Shown one piece after another: positions 48,577 through 60,916 of a stretch of 64,000 nucleotides of DNA. Source of the stretch: Psammoneis japonica. Taxonomy: Eukaryota. The stretch is from assembly GCA_008632985.1 (NCBI GenBank), contig QPGO01000055.1, positions 225,100-289,099 of the forward strand, written 5' to 3'. Positions within the stretch are counted from its first letter, which is position 1. Every line of letters starts with the position of its first letter. The notes beneath the pieces were generated by a model. The model was not told where the DNA came from. It made no database searches and saw only the letters and a list, made by a program, of their open reading frames with translations. The translations under genes were made by a program, and so were the position numbers.

Positions 48577-49542
48577 GAGAATTACTAATTCCTCACCACG
48601 GAGATGCTCACCAAATGCTCACCACGTCTGTTTGCGTCAGTCGCGCGAATGCTTCCCGCCCCACCCGACCCCCTTCACACCCTTCCTCATCGACGCCCAA
48701 ATTTCGCGAAGTCGAAAATTCCACTGCGCTGTAGCGTACTGTGGAGCAACGGCGATCGATTTGAGACGTCACGTACTGAGCCGCATGTAGAAATATACTG
48801 AGATGACTTGATGTGTTTTTCGTGTAAGTCGCCATGGCGTCTGCGGCCGTTTCTCACAACTTCTTCCAGATTTAAAACAATAGAAGTAGCACCATACGAT
48901 AATATTAAGTCTATATGATCATGTCAGGTGAAGAAAATGGCAAAATGGTGTGGACTTATGGCTAAAATAGACTTGTTGTATTCACAGGATTGTTCGTGCA
49001 CCATACAAACTCAATGCATAAGGCAGCTAAACTAGATCCACACGATACACCAATAAGCTTAAAGACTAACTTAAATATGGAGGATTTAATCGGCTTATTA
49101 TTATGTAGTTTGATCTTAGACTGAGGGGTCGAAATGGCCCGAGAAAAGGATCTAAAACTTGACAATTGACAGCTTCTGAAAAAACTCCATAAGTCTACGA
49201 TCACAGCACTGGACAAAAGAGAAATGAACTTCACAGACTAATTAATATACGACGGTTCGATTGCTCTTCTTTTTATTGTCATACGGTTGAAATTTGACGC
49301 CGTTACGGGCCATCATTTTCATGCTCTGTGTGCCACCATGTTGTCGATGCGTGTTGTTTTCTGTTTTCTGGGCGTTGCCGTCAGTTTTGGTCGGTTTTGA
49401 TGGGGGGGGGATTATGTTTGGTTTGTGAAAGAGTGATGTGGCAGTTCGCATATGACGGAGAGACTGACGTAATATATTTAAAACGAAAAAGTCGTGGTGA
49501 GCATTTGGTGAGCATCTCCGTGGTGAGGAATTAGTAATTCTC
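48577..49542. mobile_element. 966-bp non-autonomous DNA transposon, perfect 50-bp TIRs, 3-bp TSD (ATC)
   Basis: ATC|GAGAATTACTAATTCCTCACCACGGAGATGCTCACCAAATGCTCACCACG ... exact reverse complement|ATC. Confidence 0.9.
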
Positions 49543-49631
49543 ATCATATCTAATTTCTCTTGTTGACGCAATGACGAGCACCATGCTTGCAACAAAGCAG
49601 CTGTGTTTACTATTGTGTTGTCATTATCATA

Positions 49632-52600
49632 ATGAGTCGATGGGATGCGCTACAACCAAGTAAGCGCTCGTTCCGAAATACACGACAAACGAGATTATCG
49701 TCAAACCGTCGTGACTGTTCAACGTCAGAGTCTGAGGAGCGCGACACTACCAACAATAAAAACGAGGCTTATGAGAATCAGCTCACCGTTTGGAATGGCC
49801 TGGTGCAGCGGCTTTGTACCTGTATAACCGAACGAAACAACGGAACGTCTGATATATTGAAAGAACTGTCAGAAAAGGCCTTTGTTGAAAAGACTCCTTT
49901 GCTGCCTCATATTTTCGGTGAATCAATTTCGTCAGTGATTGAATGTTGCTTGCAAGAAGCGGGCGATAGCAACGTGGATGAGTCTTCCATATACAAATTT
50001 ATCGCTCGACTGCTACGAGAGAAAAATGTTAAATTCACGTCAAGAGGCGCTCGCAAGATTGTGCCATCCATGACGAGTCAATTATGCAAAAGTAAGGCTC
50101 AATCCTTACAGAACGTGGATATATCTTTGTCCTTCTTCCTGCAGCTCGAGTGCGTGGTTCGTATCCTCATGGCCAGTATTCGACAACTTCCTGCAGAAGA
50201 AACGACGCAATTGCTACTGCAAGACTTGCTGATACCAGTGCTATTGCTGCAGCAAGAACGCCATAGCTTTGTTTTCGAAGGCATTCGAGCCATGCTTCAA
50301 GATCCACTCTTTGCTTCAGCCATACTTGCGCCCCTTGTCGTGGGTGTATCAAACCAAGGAGAAGAACAGGCGATTGAGAATCCTTCCCGAAGTATACTCT
50401 TGTCTACACTACAAAAGTTGCTGGCAGTGGAGAGTAAAGTTATCGTGGTGGAGGCTTGTCGGACTCTTGCTACCGCAATGGATGCTGTCCGTAAAGGCAC
50501 GCATAAAGGTGGAGTTGGTCAGTCCTCGCTTGATTTGGACCTTGTCACTCTAGAGCGATTTGTCCGTGAAAGCTTGTCTTTGACAAAACAAGAGGACACA
50601 TTTCAAATGCGGCATGAAACAATGCTTTTGCTTGTTTCCGTACTCCAAGCCTTTCCCGATGCCTCGTCCTCCATGTCAAGTCTTGTCTTTGAGTGCAATC
50701 GAGATTCTCCGGATACTCATTCCTGTGATTGTCAGATATCGGCGCCGCTACTCTCCATGTTGCATTCAAGGGATACATTGCTTGTTTCGGATGCGACTCG
50801 TGCTATTCAAGAATTGATTCGGGCCATGCCGCTGGACTTGTGGGTCACGGGAAAGGGCGGTCCGCATCAACAACAATACTTGGCTCAGCGTGTGACTCGT
50901 GGTCTGAAGCAAACAATAATTGTCGCAAAGTGTTGTCTCGAGTACGTGATACAATCAACACGGAAAGCAGCGTTTTTACCACTTTGTGACTTGGTTACCG
51001 GTATTTTGACCGACATATGCTACAGCGACCATGATCTCCTTACGACAGCATTGGATTTGCTGTCTACAGTCGGCGATACGCTTACGCAATCATTTGTTGA
51101 CAAGCGACGTCGATTCATGATTGAGCCATTGAGAAGCACGTTGGTGGCGTCCATGGGAGGAAAATTGACCCCACAGGGATTACGTGTGCCCATGCCGGTC
51201 CCAATGAAGCAATGGCTTGTTTCGAACGATGCATTCCGCACGGAGGTTTACAAAGGTGCTATCAAAGGAGATGATGCAGTTCGGACCTCTTGTGTCAAGA
51301 TCTTGTCATCTGCGGTGAGAGTCGAGCCCGCGGTTGTTCTTGATTCACCTGACGACATTAACTCATTTCACAGTGTACTACTTCACATGACAAACCCGAG
51401 CCAACTCGACAGACTTGATGGGGTCAAGTTATTGGAGAACTTTCTTTTAGGAAGGTTAGAGTACGGCAGCGAGAAGGAGATTCAATCCAGTGTTGAAATG
51501 GTCGTGTCGTACACCTCCTCAATTTTACCGTCGTGCTTGAATGATGGGAATCCTTCTATCCGGTCGTCGGCCTTGAGCGCATACGGATCATTTGCCGCAG
51601 CCGATTGGAGTAGATTGTTTCAACAGGGCTCTAACTTCGGAATGGAAGCCTTGAGATCAATGTTGACGAACTGTATCCGTGGTTTACGTGATTCGAACGA
51701 ACGTGGCGAATCAAATGGGCAAGTTCGCAGTACGGCATGCAAAGCTGTTGGAAATGCGTGTTCTCAAATGCTATCACGGACTTCCGTCTCATCGTCAATA
51801 GCACTTTCGGATCACGATACAAAAGCAGTCTTTCACGAGGTTCTTGACGTCATGTGTCAATCCATAGAGGACACAAATCCATCAGTACGAAGTATGGTGA
51901 GTTGTTGTCATTTTGTTCACGTTTCTCGGGTTCTCGATCCGACAATGTCCTTACCGCACACTCAATTTCTTTGTTCTCACTACAATAGGCAGTGTTTGCC
52001 CTTGGAAATCTTGCTCATGCACTCCGACACCTACCAAACGGCTTAGATACTGCTCCTGCTACTAGTTTACTTGAAGCTGGACGACTCGTAAGAGGTTTGA
52101 TTGAAGAGAGTGTTGACAAGGTGGCTGGCAACGCTATACGTAGCAGTGGTCACATCTGCTTTCTTCTATTTCGAAGCAACAAAGAAAATCTAGAATCTTC
52201 AACCCTGTCTACTTTCTTTTGCAGTCTTGTATCAATTCTCACGGGTAAGATCGAGCTTGCGTTGACAGAAGCAACGGGAGAGCATAGTTTTACCAGAAGA
52301 AGCTGGAAGCAGCGATCAGTGATACGCAAGCATGCATGGGGCTCCTGCAACTCCTTAGCGGTAGTTTTGTGCTGTGAAGGTACTACCATCCAAAACGGCC
52401 GTTGCATGTTGTCTTTTCAGCAAGCAATAGATTCGATGGTTCGCTGCATCCGCTACATGGGATCCATCAACGAGAAAGTTGTAATTGCAGCCGCAGCTTC
52501 ACTCTTAGCGGTGTCCAAAGATCTGTGGTCGCAACTGTCGGCCGGGACAGATACTGTCGGAAACGCTCTTGCTTTCTGTCTACTCGAGGTTTACAAGGTG

Positions 52601-53094
52601 AGATTAAATTTCCTCAGCCCCATTTCTTTTCTGTTCCAAGTCACACCGTTTCACGTGAATGTTTCTCACGTCCTTTTTCTTTCGACTGACTACAGATCCG
52701 AACGACCTCTCCTGGAAAACGTGTCAGTCATGGACGCCTTAAATTGAATGATCAATTGCAGTTGCTCTTAGAGAGACTTGTTGTAGTCGCCACGATTTCA
52801 GATGTATGCATCATGCTCAAACACGAGGAGATATCCAAACAGGTCCTGGATTTCCTTTACGAATGGATGACTGATTCAACAAAGGAAGAATCCATCACTG
52901 CGGGTTGCTTCGAGTCCTTTGCGTTGGCACTTCAACGTCAAGACTTGTGTGATGAGATATCGATTCATCAAAAGTTTGCCAGCCGAGCGATGCAGCGATA
53001 CAGGTGCCAACGAGGTGGAGATTCTGAAGAGTTTGTGTCTCTTCCTCACTCGGAGCAAGAGCATATTGACCAAGCTTGGGATGATGAATTGTAA
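49632..53094 (+). CDS. HEAT-repeat protein, HEATR6-like; 3 exons
   Basis: Introns 51897-51988 and 52598-52695 join ORFs in frame; VRSM|AVFALGNL, DKVAGNAIRS, KHAWGSCNSL, NEKVVIAAA resemble the HEATR6 C-terminal repeats. Confidence 0.75.
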
Positions 53095-53178
53095 TGCATT
53101 ATGCGGAAAAAACTATATTTACAATGTATACACATGTAGTTCTACTGCCTATTCTAAGCTGTCCCATTCCCCCGATTC

Positions 53179-54268
53179 TTAGACAGGCATGTTCATCAGA
53201 TCTCCGAGTATCAAACTAAACTGCTCGTCTTCCTCTGATTCATGGGAGTAGTCTGATTCGGAAGAGCAGTCGATGGGAGATGGAACAGACTCTAATGCAT
53301 AGTCCATAGTTGGGCTCAAATAAGGATGACTTGGGATTCCTTGTGACGGCTTCGACTCCGACGAAGATTGGCTTGTTGTACACCATTTGGGCACGATCCA
53401 CTGGTGGCGTTGTGATTTCTTCGTGGGTGATTCGTTTTCAGAAAAGACAGTATTCACGGAAGATGGAGCTTCGTCAGGTACAATCAACTTCATAGCTTGA
53501 GGAGGACAGGAAGACTCTTGTGGACGCATCGTCGTATTCAACTGAGGCCAGAACGACGAGAGCGACACCTGAGGTTCTGGAAGGACTGCAGTTTCAACCT
53601 GAGGAGCATCGTTTCTGACTCGACTGATCGGTGATGACGGTGGGCTGCTTTGGAGTGGTGGATATGCGTAAAGATCCGGTTCTGACTCGGGAGAACTCGG
53701 TTGTCGCACGCCAGTTCCCCTGACCTCAATACGCCGTATCTGAAGACACAGAAAGAACCTGTCCCTGAGAAAGAGTTCGTGGTAGTAGCTTCCTGCATCG
53801 GGCCCAGTGGTGATTCTTTTAAAGTTATAAATGTTCAGCTGGAGTTGAATAATGACAGAGATGGATAATTCCGGCATGGTTAGAAGAAACGGTATTGCTA
53901 CAGCCCATTTTACGCCGATCATGTTGTAGAGGGCAATCTCTTACCTGGCGTTGAAACGATGTGAACTTGGTATTTGGGAAGTACTTGGGGAGAATCTGAT
54001 CTACAAATCGCTTCCGATTGTGAATCAGAAACGCTCTACCATGTGGCTGCCAAGAGACAATGCCATCCAACGCTTCTTCTTCAACTTCCGTGAGCATCGA
54101 ATGAAGCTTCACTTGGAATGTCTCGCCGTGAAGATTTCGCTTCTTCTTTGATTGCGTCGTGTTGGCGTCGTTCGCATGGTCGATGTAGATCACGGTCGGC
54201 TTTTTAGGGGACGCATTATCGGCGTGGACGCTTGTAGAAGTTGGTAACGAACCCATTTTCCTCCTCAT
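53179..54268 (-). CDS. Heat shock factor (HSF) transcription factor
   Basis: FQVKLHSML...IVSWQPHGRAF...LPKYFPNTKFTSFQRQ|LNIYNFKRITTGPDAGSYYHELFLR; intron 53839-53944. Confidence 0.92.
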
Positions 54269-54799
54269 CTCTGCAATGTGTTCTGATGTGTGGCAAAAGC
54301 GTTCCTTGTTCTTTGTCTCGCTAATCGTGATGCCGAGTTTCTCTGTCGATGCATTCGGACTTTTATCTGACACGATGACATCAGAAGATGTTAAATAGTG
54401 GTAAATGAATCTTTTGCTATTTAAGTAAACATTTATCCCAAGAACATTTTCATGATTAAATACGGACGTGGCAACATAACACCACGACACACATACGTGC
54501 CGTACTGTAGTGTGTTCTGTACAGTACAATCATGGGTGAAAAATGAGTGGCTGACGGTGCTGCGCTGGCGGCGCAAGATGACACCTTCTTCCGTCGCGAA
54601 TGCCTTTGAAACTTCAACATTCTTCTTTCTTTCTTTTCGTCATCGTTGAAATCTTTGTCATTGATGCGTCACACCTTTCTTGTTCATTTTATGAGCACAT
54701 TAAAATATCTAAAGTTATGTATAAAAAACATGCCCTTTTTCGTTTGCACTTTGCACAGCTTTTCCGTTCTTTTCTCCTTTTTTTGCTTTTTTCCTTTTT

Positions 54800-55520
54800 C
54801 ATTCCTTTACCCTGCCGGCCTCCTGTCCGACCACCCCCTTGAATGCCCCGCCGACGTAGGCGTCCAACTCACACCCGGCTCTGCACCGCCTGACGCCCCA
54901 TCCACCCACCAATTTTTGGCCATGGACGTCACTGTGCCGCCCGCCACCCCGCTTCCTGCACCTGGTTTGCCCATCCCTGAAAACCCACTTGACAAGGCTC
55001 ACCTCAGCAGCGCACAGGACAAGCTCCTCGGCTGCTCTGCATCATCTGCTCACGGATCCGACATCATCGATGCCATCAACCAAGCCGGTCTCTTCCTTCT
55101 CCCTTTCATCCTCGACCACCTCGGCGGCATTGGCTGCCATTTCCATGCCTTTTTCTTCGGCACCTCCACCACAACTTCCTCTTCCACACCACCCCTTCCT
55201 CCCAAACCACCCTGGACAAGTCCTGCCTCCTTTTCCAACTCTCAGCCATCCTTTTCCGCCTGCACCAACTCACTCCTCGAACCCTCCGATCTCCTTGCCA
55301 ACTCCAACTCGGCCTGGAAACAACTCTCTCAAGACCGCTTCGGCTCTTCACACCATTTTCAGCACCATCGCTTTGGGCCTCCCCTCCCTTTGCTCTCTCC
55401 ACCCATCTTTCTGCGCATCAAGCTCTTCTCCTCCGCCACCCTGCCATTGCCAACTCCTCCTCTCTCAGCCATCTGTCCGCACTCTCGGTCCACCCTTTTT
55501 CTCCCCACGCTGCCATGAGA
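54800..55520 (+). mobile_element. 3' fragment of a non-LTR retrotransposon with restriction-like endonuclease (CRE/R2-type), degenerate
   Basis: (R)PADV...LAMDVT...K...LLPFILDHLGGIG spacing typical of RLE domains; pyrimidine-rich, TA-depleted. Confidence 0.55.
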
Positions 55521-55934
55521 CCCAGGCCTTGAGCACTGTGACTTGAAACTGGCATGGCAGGCGCACTCCGGATGAGCGCACAGACCATCACCTTGGTGAC
55601 AACACGGAGAAATTGTCAAAAACCCGCCGGAGCCGACGATGACATTGACGCAGCAGACAAGGTGTCCAAACATTCCTTGTTTCTTGGACCATTGCAACAG
55701 AAGCTCCATTGGACCCTCGTCGATGTGCCGTTGCAATCATCCATTTGGAGACGTGCAGTTTGGTGAGAAATGTTGAAACACACCGCTCCGCTTTGTCGTG
55801 ACACCATGTTGCATGCAGACGACGCATCAACTCGTCATTTGCGGATTTTCGGCACCCACTGAGTTAAAGTCCGAGTTCATTAAAAGGTGAGTAAGTTGAA
55901 AATCAAAATGGTGTTGTCAATGCATCCGAGGCTC

Positions 55935-56330
55935 GACGCGTTCCAGACGCAGGTGGGAATCCATGTGACATTGGGCCCGCAGACTTCTACGTGCGAGCTC
56001 CGCACTGAAATTGTGCGGCAATTAAAATCTCAATGATCGCCAACAGAAAATGAGGCAATTTTGCGAACGCACAAACTCACCCATGATTGAAGCACATCAT
56101 TTTTTACTTGGCCAGTTGCATTCTTCAGACATTGAAGAATGTGACTGGCGCATTGTTGTTTCTATAAATTTGTCACACAAAACGTCTGGGGCTTCGCAAA
56201 ACAGCGAGTCTGGACATTTTTTTTTAAATGTCACATGCAGAAATCTGCGTGCGAAACATACGACGGATGATGAAAATTGTTGATGTCACACGTCAGCACT
56301 ACGAGCTCCCACCTGGGGCTGGAACGCGTC
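55935..56330. mobile_element. 396-bp MITE, ~24-bp TIRs, 4-bp TSD (GCTC)
   Basis: GCTC|GACGCGTTCCAGACGCAGGTGGGA ... TCCCACCTGGGGCTGGAACGCGTC|GCTC. Confidence 0.85.
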
Positions 56331-57481
56331 GCTCACCACTTGTTGTCTCACTCAACTTTCTTGCCGCCGCAGCCACTCTCGCTGTCTTGCCTGGCATGAG
56401 CACACATCGACAAATCCAATGTGTCGTCACATCGTCAAGCCCATTTGATCAATGGCATTGACCAGACGAACATTTTTGAAGATTTTGACAATGCAACTGC
56501 AATGCATTCAGCCAAGTGTTCTTGAGTGGGAGAGAGTCGGGGGCGGATGAGAGTGAAAATGAAGAATGAAGTTGGCGCACGGTTCAAGAAAAAAGCATTC
56601 AAACATGGTTGACAAAACATTCTGATGCTGTCATTCTGTGGAATGACAAACAACAGTGAAGAGCTTCTCCCTGGCTTGCACACACTCTCTAGATTGATCG
56701 CAAAGACACAAATGTCAAATCTGAGAACAGAAAAGTGCGGCTTGCAAACGAGTGTTCGTGGATTGCTTCACCCATTTACAGCATGAAAGAGGTCAGATAT
56801 AGTTGTCACGAGGTCAAAGACAAACTAGAAAGTAGAACATTGCCATAAAATCGGTTTGTGATGATGTTGTCATCTAGTCTCGGTGTCGAGAACGAGTCGT
56901 CAATTTCACCTCATCGTACAGCGAGTCACGTGTTTTCAATCCCGTATGAACCATTCGATTAAAAATTTTGGTAGAATTAGCTAGACTTTGACCCCAGCTA
57001 GAGCCACAAATTACACAAGATATGAGCATTATCAGTCTCAGACTCTTTAAACAGATGCCTTGCAAGGATGTAATAGGTATGTATTGTTCGTGGTATGTGG
57101 CACTTCAAAATAGAACTAACTTTTCGTGGAGCACCTTTATTACACGGGCAAGTGCGAGAGTCAACATTCAGTGATTGGTTAGTAACTAACGTTCACCCCC
57201 ATTCTAGGCCCCCAAAAGTGTGCTGAACTACGTATCTGGATACTGTTAGTCGATCGAGGTGGGTAAACGGGGGGTTAATTTTTACACGTGGCATCCCGAA
57301 GCTGGGACGGAAAGCTGCTTCGCGCGACCCTTCCGCCACACATTTCCCCAGACCCACCCCTTCCAATTTCCAATGCCATAGACTCCCTAATCAAAAACGA
57401 CTGTCATATGAACAACAGCACGAGTAAGAAGCCAGCACCATCATCCATCATCAGGGAAGAGAAAAGATAAGTGGTAGTGAT

Positions 57482-58398
57482 GTGGCTTTCAGACCAATGA
57501 CGAGCCCCCTAAAGCCATTTGGATTGTGGATCTACAAGCACTGCCTTCATGATTGCTGTCAGTTTCGTCGAAAACCGGATGTAAAAGACCAACCTATCAA
57601 TGTTTGCGGGGTTATCCAATTCATTGCTGCAAAGTTCTTACTTGAAGTCAGCGGTGCTGCCGGAGCTGTTTGGGGGTCTTCTGAAGCTTTGACATTGCGT
57701 CGTTCTAGCCGTGAAATCAACAATGAGTCATGGCGTCTTGTCGCGATTGCCGTTGGCCTGGTGTTTGTCGTTCGTTTCTGGTGGCATGCCAAACACTATT
57801 TTCAACACGAACGGGATTTTCTCCCCATCAAATTGAATCATCGACGGATATGGAAACTTCCCTTTCTGCAAATCTTTTCTTCGAAATTCTTATTGGAAGT
57901 CTTCGGTGGCACTGGAGCAATTTGGGGGTGTTCAGAAGCTCTGACCTTGCGGAACGATACGAATCAACATGATTGGAGAATTGCGGCAATAGCAGTTGGT
58001 GCCACGTTTTAATCCGTTGGATCTATCAAATACTTGCCTATTGTCTTTATTTGGCTCCCTTATGGTATAATCCGACGTCGATTCTCATGACGATGGTCCG
58101 TTGTTACGAAGCCTTGGTGGTCAAATTTATTCTCGAGGTGTTGGGGGCCGCAGGAGCCGTATGGGGGTTCTCGGAAGTTGTATACCTTCGCACACCACAG
58201 ACACTTGCTCTGTGGCGGACTATAGCTGTGGTTACGGGTGTTGTCTTCATGGTTCGATGGCTTGCTCACTTGTATTTCTTTATCAAAGATGAACGAAGCT
58301 CTGCGCATACTCAGGATATGGTCCAACCACAAGATACCAAAACGGAAGAGGTTCAAGATTTGGAGATGTCGGACCTTGCCTTGAAGGAAGCATCTTAG
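57482..58398 (+). CDS. Membrane protein with three internal KFxLEVxGxxGAxWGxSE repeats; 1-bp frameshift at ~58010; 5' end uncertain
   Basis: ORFs 57482-58012 and 57973-58398 hold repeats 1-2 and 3; adding one T in ACGTTTT-AATC joins them. Confidence 0.7.
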
Positions 58399-60916
58399 TT
58401 TTCTCCTTGTTACCATTGTGGTTCGCCCGGTATGGTACGAGATGCGCTAGTGTATCTTCCTTGGTTTATTACTTGTATGTTCTGAAGTTCGCTTAGCTTT
58501 CGTTGCTTTTACTTGTCTGTTCCAGATCACATTGCAGTACCTTGGTTGTAGCGGCAATGATTGACTCTTTTGTATACACCCGATGTGAGTACACGACTAG
58601 TGTACCATGAGACCAGCATAAACAAGCTATGCAAACTCTCAAGAACGAGCGCATATCATTATTGTGCCCGTCTGATGATGCTGATCAGTAGTGTACCCGC
58701 TCCACATTTATCGTTGTTCATGAAGGAACGATTTATGACATATTTTTCGATTTGTCGCAAACGCTAGTGATTCAGCTGGCTGCTGGTGCAAAGTACGAAG
58801 TATGGAAAGTGAACCCTTTTTGGTAGTCACCAATGGTGCTTCAAGGGAGTCTTGCCACCAGTTATTTATACCCGAGTGATGATTGAAGATGCGATTTATC
58901 AACTCAAGTACTCAACAGCATGGTACCGAGGGTCATCAAGCGGCAAACTGGATGCAACAGAAACGATTCGGGTCCTTCAAAAACTGGCGCGCCTTAGAGA
59001 ATAGAATAGAGCTTTTCTTGGTTGTCAATGATCTAGGCCCTCTAGCGCCGTCTCCACAGTTCCCAGCTCCAATGATTGCTCCAGCCAGTGCGAAACGCTC
59101 CTCTTCAACATTTTTCGACTGCTAAATACCTGCGCTGATGCTATCCCGAGTTAATTTAGCTAGCCTATCTAGGAGAGAGTAGAGGTATCAAGTATCATAC
59201 CCTCTACTACTAGCTTCAGTTAAGAGCGAGGGTTTGGTCGGTGTCTTCCGTCGGTCGGTCTTCCAATTCTTTGAGCTCCTTTTGCCGATGCAGTAACACA
59301 AGATAGCGGTGTGGTACAAAACTAGAAGCGACGACATCAATGCATACAACGACACATCTACGACCGTCATCGTAGTCTATTGACGTACGTACGGATTAAC
59401 TTATACTCAAATAAAGATTGCTATGTCATACTCTGAGTCTTTCTACTTCCATTGAAAGAGTTTCAAAGAGTCAAAAGTCGCTATTGAAATCCCTCCGCTA
59501 TTTCGGCAGAACACTTGAAACTCCCTAAAAACAAGTGAACACGACGAATCCATAAGATATGCAGGCGATCAGCGCCGAAATAGTCCAACACACATCGACG
59601 ACAAGCCTTGGGGGGATACTGTAACGAATATCCCAGCATGGACCCCACCTGAAAGAAAAAGAGCAGTGTGGTACGAGAACAGAAACCATGACATCAAAGT
59701 GTGCGATGACATCGCAAGAGCTACGGCCGTCATCGTAGTCGTACGGAATAATTTACACGCCAATAAAGATTGCTACAATGTACTTTTAGTAATTCTACTT
59801 CTATTTTGAAGGTCCAAAGCATGTTTCTTAAAAAGTGAAACACGCCAATATCAGAAGTTGATAGAAATCGGTCGCGTAGGATAACGTTGCCTCAAGAGCG
59901 CCATCAGAAGATGGAGCTCAAGCTTTTCGTATCTTCAGAGTGAAAAGTGTCACTCAAAAAATGTAAAAGGGGGGACGTACTACGGAGACAACAAGAAAAC
60001 TTGCGAGTCAACCGCGTTCTAAATCAACACTCCCTACGAGTGAAGACTTACCGTGTCATGTCACTGATACGACGGAACCCCAAACCCGCGTTCCGTCAAC
60101 GGCATGATCTGCTTGGCGAGCTTTTGCTGCTTCACAGATGAACGCTGCTGTCTGTTTCAACAGCCGTGACCTGACGGGTCAAGCGAACAGGCAACTTCCT
60201 ACGCTCAAAGACACGAGAGTGACATGGACTCAAGGCCGGAGAGACGCATTCGATTTGCCCCGACCTCTGGACTTAACTGGCAACACCTACGCCACCTAGA
60301 GACAACACGCCATCAAGCAAATGAGTTGTGGAATGCCAAACAAGAGCGAGCTCTCAATCCAGAGGAAGGGCGAGCCATCCTCGGAGATTGCGGCTTCCGG
60401 CTTGGCAAACAACAAGACATCGTGCGAGACGACGATTTTGTGATCGAAACGAAAGAATTTCCGAGACATAGAGATTTTGTTTGTTTCGTGACCGTTGCTA
60501 AATTTCTCAATCACTATCATTTTGTGTGTATCTTTGTAGAATTACTACCATGATTTCGCATGTAAAAGATTCATGGGAATGCAGTGCTTTCAAAAATACT
60601 ACGGATTCCTACGTGCACTTTACTGTAACCGTCGAAAATGCAAAAGACTTGCCGAGCGACTGACTGACGAAAAAAATCTTCAAATTCGCACTCCAAATTC
60701 ACAATCCAATTCCGCCCACAACGCAACAAATTTGACATTGAAGAGCAGAGAATCAGATGACAATGAAGGTCAAAGTTGTGCACAAAGCATGGCCTTTTTT
60801 GGTTTGCGCCTTTTCGTTCTTTTCTCCTTTTTTTGATTCCTTTTTTCACCCACACGTGGAGGGCACCACTTCCACGAACGACAGCAAGAAGAAGCAGAGC
60901 ACACGAGAAAGAGCAC

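Noticed and set aside
59300..59820. Diverged ~170-bp local repeat (59300-59470 vs 59660-59820)
   Set aside because: No termini, ORF or clear structure; little can be concluded.
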